Part shown: piece after piece, positions 55,119 to 64,000 of the stretch | Layout of the letters: every line of letters begins with the position of its first letter | How positions within the stretch are numbered: the first letter of the stretch is position 1 | DNA from: Eledone cirrhosa | Taxonomy: Eukaryota | Assembly: GCA_964016885.1 (NCBI GenBank) | Contig: OZ024746.1 | Location: 72,602,001-72,666,000, forward strand | Direction: 5' to 3' | DNA: 64,000 nucleotides | Notes under the pieces: model-generated | Seen by the model: only the letters and a program-made list of their open reading frames with translations | The model's database searches: none | What the model was told of the DNA's origin: nothing | Made by a program: the position numbers and the translations under genes

Positions 55119-55637
55119 ATAGATATATGCGTATATTAATTCGTTAACCTCTGTATTAACTCTACAACTATTGAGCTTTGACAGTGGTCCCACTCATGTA
55201 TACTGTTGAAGATGAAGAGAAAGACTGTAAAAACTAGCTTATCTTTATAATTTAAAATTGATACACACTACGATACTTTTTGCCTTATGACAGCTAATTT
55301 TCACGCCGTAACATTAGATACATTATATACCCCCCACCTAAGTAATGTCAGGGTCTCCTTAAATAGTTTATTGATAGCATTGTTGTAATAATTGTTGTTG
55401 TTATTGTTCTAATTGAATGCCATAACTACTCCATATTTTCTTTTCTTTTCTTGCCTGTGTATTTTCTTCATTCTCGCATGCTCCGAAGATCTGACTGGTT
55501 ATAATTCTGTATTGGCGATCGAATGACGCAAAATTAGGCGGATAGCGATCTCTAGACAGACCAGTTCAGTGAAACAAATGTAAGCTATGTGAATAAAAAC
55601 TTTTTTGTATAGCAAACCATGTAAACCTTCTTTCCTG

Positions 55638-55678
<41 letters not shown>

Positions 55679-55686
<8 letters not shown>

Positions 55687-57868
55687 TAACAGATTAAAGT
55701 TTAAGCAAAGAATCGCTGCTTTCACCCTTAACGGGATCTTCTGAAACTAACAAAGTCAATCTGTAAACGCAGAACTGGATATTTCAAAAGACGTTGCAAC
55801 CGGAGGAAGACAGGAAGACGATACTTTGGTTCGTGGAAACGTTCACTGGCAAAGAACGGGAAAAAACGAATAATACGTCATTAATAGGAGCAGTGAAAAA
55901 CAATTACGCGCAAAGACAGAACCACGTTTATGGTATAAAGGAGGTCGTAGACTAATGTTCTCTTATGTGGTGCATAGAGACGTTCTCTGGCAATGAACGA
56001 AAAAACGAAGATAATAAGTCATATGTGGAGCGTGGAGAACAATAGCACGCAAAGACAAAACCACGTAAATGGTATAGCAGAAGTCGTAGACTAAAATTCT
56101 AACTAGGAGACCAAATGAATCTCCGCTACAGAGTTAAGAACAAAGTAAATAAATACAATACAGAAGTAATAGAAACAAATAAATACATACACGCAAACAG
56201 ATACGTACATACACAAGCATACGCAAAACCTTACCAAGGTATACAAAACCACGCACATATAAATATGTGTGTGTGTGTATGCTTGTGTATAAATAAATAA
56301 ATAATTATATAAACGTATATAAGTAAATAAATACGTATATAACAAGCGCACACACATACCTACATATAAATACACGAATGTTCGGAGACGTAAGTCAACT
56401 AAAACAAGAAGTACACATATACACACACCCACCATACGTACGAACCTGCATACTCACGCAGACGCAAAACTCCCGTATACACATAGCCAAACCCTAAATA
56501 CCAGAATATGTAAAAATTATACGCCATAACAGTCAAATATACGTACGAGAGGGTATACTTACCTTCACAAAACATACGGGTAATATATACTTACCTATGC
56601 AAATAAGTAAAGGAATAAACAAAACATATACTTAGCTCCCACATCAAGACATAAAATATCCACGTATAGATCGTGCTATCCGTTAGGGTATAACGTGGGG
56701 CTGTAATACAGGAAAGTTTTGTGCAATTTATGTTTACAAGCCGAAATTGTCTCAGATTTTTTGTTTAAGATGTGGTCTGTGGCTTAGAGTATTTCCAGGG
56801 CCTCAGCGGCGCAGAGGTCACATGGTCTTTTATTTCCGTTATACGATCTAGCCCTAGCTAGGATCTCCAAGTGTAACTTATATTGGGTGTGGTTGTCTTT
56901 TAGACTCCAGATATAAGCTGAAAGTGACGTCATATTCCTTCTTAGAGGGTAACGAAAAGAATGGGTATGCATGTAAAGACGCTGCTTGAAACTATTGGCG
57001 GTTAACCCTATGTAGGCCCTACGGGACGTGGGTGTTACAACCTTACATTTGTAGACAATGTTACTAGAGAGGCATTTCCCGGATAGGGGGAAATCAGCCC
57101 GATTCCTACAATTACAGTTAGTACTAACTACAGGGTTGCACGTGTTCCTACGGCTAGATAGTTTTGCTAAATTTGAAGCTGTGATGTTATGTGCAAGGTT
57201 AGGAGTCGTAGAGTAAGAAATTTTAATAGTATTTCTATTAAAAATTTTACTATCTTTATGTGTAGGGGGAAAATGCTTCGTAATAAGAGAAAGAAAGATC
57301 TTAGCTAATGGTGTGGCCACCTCCATATTATATGGTGGGTTAAACCAACAAATGCGACGGGATCTATTTCTTCTAGGTCTATTTTCGTACTCTGTATATG
57401 CTACCTTATCGACAAATCCACTTCGAGCAAGAGCTTTATTGTAATAAGTGGAATGGTCGTTGAAAATGCGCTCGTTGGTGGAAAGACGGGAAAGCCTCAA
57501 CGAAAAGTTTCTTACCAGGTTCTTGGTTATGCTGGCAGGATGGTTGGAATGCTTACTTATGTAATTAAGCGTATCATTCGGCTTTCTATACGGGTAATAC
57601 AACCCATTCAATAAATTGAGGGTAACGTTGAGGTAATTAACGACCGAGAGATTGGCCTCAACCTGTATAGAGAGGTTGAAGCCTTTAAAGAAGGCTGTAA
57701 GTTCTTTTCTGAACCTGTCGCAAGCACGAGGTCCGCACTTAGTAATTTGCTTAAACTTTAATCTGTTATTTTAATAAATATTTGCTCTACGGTTCTTATA
57801 TATTTGATATATATTTTCCTTATCGAGCCCTCTTTGGATTTTAGTCTTCAATTTTATTATTATTACTA
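55679..57868 (-). mobile_element. Penelope-like element (probably Naiad-type), 5'-truncated, RT thumb + GIY-YIG, with inverted pLTR fragment at its 5' end; inserted in (TA)n
   Basis: ORF 56784..57611 (SNHP, WFNPPY, YIGLT, CDLC). A premature TAA is followed in frame by LNKKSETISACKH. 57746..57777 is an inverted copy of the 55679 end. Confidence 0.9.
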
Positions 57869-57882
57869 TTAATATCTATATA

Positions 57883-57944
<62 letters not shown>

Positions 57945-57971
57945 AGATATATAGATATTATAGAAATTTTT

Positions 57972-58018
<47 letters not shown>

Positions 58019-58045
58019 GTATATATATATATATATATGTGTGTG

Positions 58046-58095
<50 letters not shown>

Positions 58096-58124
58096 CTAAA
58101 GCTTCTTCAATGCTGTACTAAAAT

Positions 58125-58197
<73 letters not shown>

Positions 58198-58218
58198 TAT
58201 ATATATATATATACATGT

Positions 58219-58301
<83 letters not shown>

Positions 58302-58504
58302 TTGGCAGTATCAGTAGAGGGTCGGGCGCCATGATTTGACTCATAGTTACTTCCCTTTACGATATGAGGTTAAATCCCGCCGAGATTAACTTTGCCTTTC
58401 CTCCTTACGGGGTTGATAAAATAAAGTACCAGTAATATACTAGGTATTTGCTGCCCTTGTGCCAAAAGTAGAAACAATTATTATTATTATATATATATAT
58501 ATAA

Positions 58505-61500
58505 CTAGCAGTTTAGCCCGGCGCTGCTCGGGTTTATTCATTTGCTATGAAAAGTTACATACAGGTAAACGTGGCTTGAAAGCGAATAAGCTTATCAATT
58601 AAGTGCATAAAGCAGTTGAACCGGTTATTAAAAGTTACGAACCAATTAGTATTTTGGACAATCAATGATGGGTTAATAATCTTCCAATAGCGAATTTAGC
58701 AGACCAAAGTTGCAAGATGGTGGCCCTGATGCCGCTGGGTGTCACATCTGTCCGCCATGGGTGACCCTACCAGGAAATAGTTTTCCAGATGGCATAACTC
58801 AAACACCTGCACCAACATCTATAGCACCTCTTTGTAGACGATATTGCGTGTCATCCCTTGAGGAGTGTAAGCAAAAAGTGCATTCCTGCTCCCTACGTGG
58901 GAACAGGCAACATAAAGTTGACCATGGGAGAAGCATGGCTCCCCCAATTGGATGCCCGCCACCGACAATGTTTGCCCTTGTGACTTGTTAATGGACATGG
59001 CAAAACATGGTCTCATCGGGAATTGGGATCGCCGGAAATCGAACGGGATATCTGACGCCGAGGGGAAAAGGTTCAGCCTTGGAATCAAAACATTCTCCAC
59101 TCTCCCGCACCCCGTTACAATGGTGGCCTCAATCAAGTGGGGCGTCATTGACTTGACGACCATGCGAATACCGTTGCACTGCTTTGGTGGGCGCAAGTTC
59201 CTTATTAGCATAATGAGACAGCCAACCCTAAGCTTAAGAATGTGAGGTTGGAGCTCTGGAGGCTCAAGGGAATTTAATAACTCAACCGGATAATTAACGA
59301 TATCGTCGGGGTCTGACTCGTTAATAAAATTAACCATGTCATTTTTCGGAGCACGGATGGCTCTTTCGCTGAGCCAATCGAAGTTTTTAAAGTTAGATGA
59401 GACTTTAGGAAAAACTGCCACCCAAAGGTCAGAAGGGCTTCTCACAATGTTGCACAGGGAGTCGATTGCTATGCCGCCCTTGTCATCCGCAGGGACCTTG
59501 CCCTCACCAAGTGCTAAAATGTTCTGAGCAAATGCTGCAGACATGTTGTCACCATGCAAATGAGCACGCATATTTGTGCTCAGGTACAAAGTCTTCACCT
59601 GGGGCCACAACGTGGACGACTGAAAGCAGGCACGCACTTCATCAGCTCTTGTCCCTTTGGGGATGACAGGCAGCGTTTGCCGAAAATCCCCTGATAGCAG
59701 AAGGGTTACGCCACCCATAGGAGCCGTAGAATCCCTAATGTCTTTCAGGGTCCCGTCCAATGCCTCAAGGGCACCCTTGTGTGCCATTGTGCACTAATCC
59801 CAAACAATGAGGCAACATTTTTTGAGAACCAGAGCTTCGTGTGAGCTCTTGCTGATATTGCATGTTGGTGTCTCAATTTTTACTAAATCCAAGGGGAGTT
59901 TAAAGGTTGAATGTGCTGTCCTGCCTCTCAGCAGCAAAGTAGTAGCGATCCTGGACGATGCAACGGCCAACGCAGTTTTTTTCTCCTGACGAATCTTAGC
60001 GGGAATCAATTTTGTTACAAAAGTTTTTCCGGTACCCCCAGGAGCATCGAGAAAGTAAATACCCCCAGTCTGATTTTGAACCGCGTCAATGATAGTTAAA
60101 TAGGCCAACCTTTGGTCCGAAAGACGTTTGGGCTCATTTTCCTCTAAGTATTGTGAAAGAGATTCGATGTCATATGCTGTTTCCCACAACAAATCCGGGG
60201 CTAACGTGTTGGCTTCATCTGTGACGGTTGACGGCAAGCCATACGTCGCCAACTCACTCCCACCCATGTCGAGGAGGGCGTCCTCGATATCAATGAGTGC
60301 CCTGTTGTAGATAATGCCGCTGTAAGCAACTTCCACTGAAAGATACTGCAGATGAGCCAGGCGGAGGAAATCCTCAGACATGAAGTCTCTGTACTTGACT
60401 CATAAAGATTTGGGATCACCCAATTCACACTTTTGAAGCAAAATGGCAAAGAGTTCCCGCAGACCTGTAGGTGATTTCAACAAAGCACCCTCTGCTAAAG
60501 TGGAATCCCATTGCGAATTATCTTCCAAAAGACTACGCTTAAAGCAGGCTTCCTGGTACGTATCAAATATTTCTCCATCAACAGTTTTGAGGTCCTGAAA
60601 ACTTTGTGGGCCTACAACTTCATGCAGAAGAAGGCGGAGATGAAAGCACTCATGCTGACTTGGGGTCACAGTGTAAACCCTTCCAAGACAGCTGTCAAAT
60701 TTTACACCAGGATGTCTTTCAACAGCCTGACCTGACTTTCTTCGCACCCAAGTGTTTTTCGACCATATAAAGTCGGATGGAACCTGGGGGGTACACAATT
60801 GTTTGCGCAAATGTATCGAACAGGCAAAGTTTGAAGAAACCTGTCAGAGTGGTCTCTTTCGGATTGGCGGCGGTTTGGTCCGTAAAGTAAACCCTTTGCC
60901 CATTTTCCAAATGTACCGCAAGCTGTAGGATGGCGGGGTGCCGTTGGTGTAGGGGAAACCAAATAGGCGCCAAAAAGCTTCATTGCTACTGATGTACCGC
61001 CCCGCCAGGTATTCTGTGACCTCATCAGAGCCCTTATTTATATATTTGCATATGTATTTTATAGACTTGACGGAGTTGCAAAACTCAACGTTGATGTGGG
61101 TGTTTAACATCTTCAAGAGAAGCGAGCAGTAAGGGACCACCCATCTATTGTCGACTTGATCTCCCTTTACTGTTGTGGTGAAGCCACCGTTCTCGGGCTG
61201 TCTCCGCCTATACAGGGGGTAGCCATCGCCACCAGTCTGAGTCTCGTCAACAAATTTTTTGGGGTATCCCTTACTGCACGACCCCCCTTTCAGACACGTG
61301 TGATACTCATTAGGACCCGACGCACACGGACCATGTTAGCTTTTATGATGTCATATAATTTGGGTTAGGGATTTCAGCCGAAATGAAGCTGTCTATGGCA
61401 TTTGAATTGATTTTATCAGCTAACCAAATCAAAATGTGAGCATGTGGCAGCCCTCGTTTTTGCCATTCGACGGTGAACATGACACATTTTACAGCCCCAA

Positions 61501-62709
61501 ATACCTGACCTTTTATATTAAAGCCATGAGTTTAGCCAGTTTCAGTCTGAACACTCTGGCAATGAAGTCATGTCTGTTCGAATAATTTTGCCCAGGAAAA
61601 AGTTCACGGGTTACATTCCAATTCATATGTCTATAGCATTAATCTGTTATATGAAGTGTTATTTTGCGGGTTGTTATTTGCAATAAGCCGATTGAAAATG
61701 CCCCAGATAAGCCGTATGCCAATACGGAACGCTCCACTACAGTGTTGTCATATAGGGAGTGAAGAGCGACAGAGAGAGAGTAAAGCAGTTAAATTATAGA
61801 GGGGGGTATACGGAACGCTCCATTTGATCATATACATTGTTTCTCTCTCTGCAGTGTTGTCATATAGAGAGTGAAGAGAGACAGAGAGAGTAAAGCAGTT
61901 AAATTATAGAGGGGGAGAATATACGGAACGCTCCATTTGATCATATACATTGTTTCTCTCTCTGCAGTGTTGTCATATAGGGAGTGAAGAGCGACAGAGA
62001 GAGTAAAGCAGTTAAATTATAAAGAGGTCGTTATTGTTACGTTTGTTGTTTCATAAATTCATCTGTTGCTTTTGAATATTTGTTATTTGATGTAAAATGT
62101 AACGTTGAGAGAGCAGTATTTAGTGTTTAAATTTTGATATTTGATGTATGAGTGTCGTTATGACTGTAGAGAGGGGGAATAATCTATTGTAGAGAGAGGG
62201 AAGAGCGACGGAGAGAGTAAAGCTATGGTTGTTGTGTTGCTTAGGTTTCAAAGTTTGTGTCACGTTCCTTCAAAAGAAGTTTTGTTGTTCTAAACTGTAA
62301 AGGGTAGTAGACGGAGGCAGTAACCTTTTAAAGAGAGTTGCAGAGGAGATTGAGGGGGGGAGTAGAGAGAGTGGTGAACCTTTTAAAGAGAGTTGCAGAG
62401 GAGATTGAGAGTGGAGTAGAGGAAAATATGAACCTTTTAAAGAGAGTTGCAACATGTATGTAGTTTCATATATTTTTTTATGGTAGTAGTGAGAGGAATG
62501 AAGCGTGTAAGAGAGAGGGTTACAGCATGTATTTAGTTTTATCGATTTTTTTTCATAGAAGCAGGAGATTTTTGGTAAAAATAATTACTGCCCTGGTAAA
62601 TTTGGAGCACATTGGAAAAGAATTCATCAAAATCGGTAGAGAAATGTGGAAATGCATAAAAATCATACACACACACAGACAGACATCTACCGTTTTATAT
62701 ATAGAGAGA
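58505..62709 (-). mobile_element. Helitron, internally deleted Rep/PIF1-helicase pseudogene with both termini
   Basis: 5'-TC at 62709, 3' hairpin (cccgagcagcgccggg) + CTAG at 58505, inserted at A|T. HUH motif VEWQKRGLPHAHIL, GYPLYRRR, YICKYINKG; Walker A DAPGGTGKT, GDFRQ, NKSQGQT, HGQLYVA; stops and frameshifts. Confidence 0.93.
61700..62020. repeat. About 115-bp tandem repeat (about 2.7 copies) in the Helitron 5' region
   Basis: Repeated cagtgttgtcatatag.gagtgaagag...gtaaagcagttaaattata and tacggaacgctcca. Confidence 0.85.
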
Positions 62710-62719
62710 TAATTATATA

Positions 62720-64000
62720 TCATCATCATGATCATCATCGTTTAAGGTCTATCTTCCATGCTAGCATTGGTTTAGACAGGAATTGTCCCACTTGAGGCAA
62801 GATTGGTTGTATTGCTCGTAGAGGACTGTCTGGCAGGTTTTCTACGGCTAGATGCCCTTCCTAACACCAACCACGTTTACAGTGTGGGCTGGGAGGTTTT
62901 TACCGTGTTACCTACACGGCCACATTACAGCGTGGACTGTGTGTTTTTTTGTTGTGACACAACCTCATTTATTTAGGACTGGATACAGAGAAAAGGGTGG
63001 TGTAGATGGGGGTGGGGGTAGTGGGATGGGGGTGTTATTTTGGTTAAGAGGTGCCTACTGACTGTAGGTTTCGCTTTGTACTTAGGCAAGGCGGGTCTTC
63101 TGTATTACTGCGTAGCACCAAAGATCTCGGTCCAGTGACATTGTCTTAGAGAGGGGTAAGTGTGTAAGGTCGGAATTTATCAAATCATCCCAGGTTTTTC
63201 TGGGTCTGCCTACTCCATAGCTTCCATCAATTTTGATCGCCCTGCACATTTTTATACAGCTGTCGTCTTTCATGTACATCACATGACCATACCAACGTAG
63301 TCTTCTCTCGAGTAAACAGCATCTCATCCTTCTTATTCCTAATTTCTCACTTAGTTCATTTATGCTTTGCCATTCACATATATTACTATTACACATCCAA
63401 TGGAGCATGCAAGCTTCGTTCCTTTCCAGTCTGCGCAGATCCTCTGCACACAATGCCCATGTCTCACTGCCATGTAAACATTGCTGTTCATATGCAGGCA
63501 TCATACAATCTGCCTTTCATTTTTAGAGAAACCTTTAGCGGCCAATAGTGGTATAAGCTCTCTGAACTTTTTCCATCCCGTTCTGACTCTGGCTACTGTA
63601 CTTTCAGAGCACCCACCTCCACTGCTGATTTTGTCACCAGGTAACGGAAGGTGTCCACTATTTCTATAGAACCATCTGGGCAATGGAAGGAGCTAGTATC
63701 CTGAGGGCACTTGCTGCTACTTATTGCACCTGAGCACTGGCCACATATAAAATCTATGTTCTTAGTTAGCTTACCTGTGATCCCACTACATCTTTTATGC
63801 TCCCATACTTTGCATTTGGGACATAAAATGGAGTTTCTGCCTACTCCTTTCCTACACACTGAGCATGGCCATTTCCCAGAGGGGCCCAGTGCTCTATTTT
63901 CCTTCCTACATACTAGAACTTTAGTCTTAGACAAGTTAATTTTAAGGCCTTTTGGTTCTAGGCCATGCTTCCATGTTTGGAATTTCTTCTCTAGTTCAGC
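62720..64000 (-). mobile_element. RTE LINE 3' part, cut by the window edge
   Basis: Nearly identical to 21290..22230; (TGA)n-type tail at about 62720-62740. Confidence 0.93.

Noticed and set aside
58819-59787. Host PIF1 helicase gene
   Set aside because: Embedded with Rep HUH motifs between Helitron termini, with a stop in Walker B and frameshifts.
61700-62460. CRISPR-like repeat array
   Set aside because: Contiguous tandem repeats without unique spacers, inside a eukaryotic Helitron; no cas genes.

Overview
AT-rich, microsatellite-dense eukaryotic genomic DNA. The repeat landscape (tRNA-derived SINEs, RTE LINEs with (TGA)n tails, long (TA)n/(TACA)n runs) looks like an octopus/coleoid cephalopod; this is an inference. 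Two host genes lie convergently. (1) An 11-exon TRMT44 (tRNA Um44 2'-O-methyltransferase) on the + strand, 18873..41875, reconstructed by hand to 766 aa, with one GC-AG intron. (2) An inward-rectifier K+ channel with a single coding exon on the - strand, 48374..49621, carrying Kir7.1-like pore substitutions. The rest is mostly transposon debris: several RTE LINE copies with a PHD finger inserted in the RT, four Penelope-like element (PLE) remnants (RT and/or GIY-YIG), a CR1-like and a Tx1/L1-like LINE, a decayed Helitron with both ends intact, Tc1/mariner and other transposase relics, and many SINEs. The most striking unexplained structure is a dense, diverse set of short fold-back or partial-tandem elements inserted in (TA)n. 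Most carry minimal type I hammerhead ribozyme motifs (about 15 candidate cores from about 10 unrelated sequence families), and many share a YATYGAGYRC-like tail motif. They look like a PLE-dependent, retrozyme-like non-autonomous system. Nearly all short ORFs in the supplied track are microsatellite or antisense-TE artefacts.
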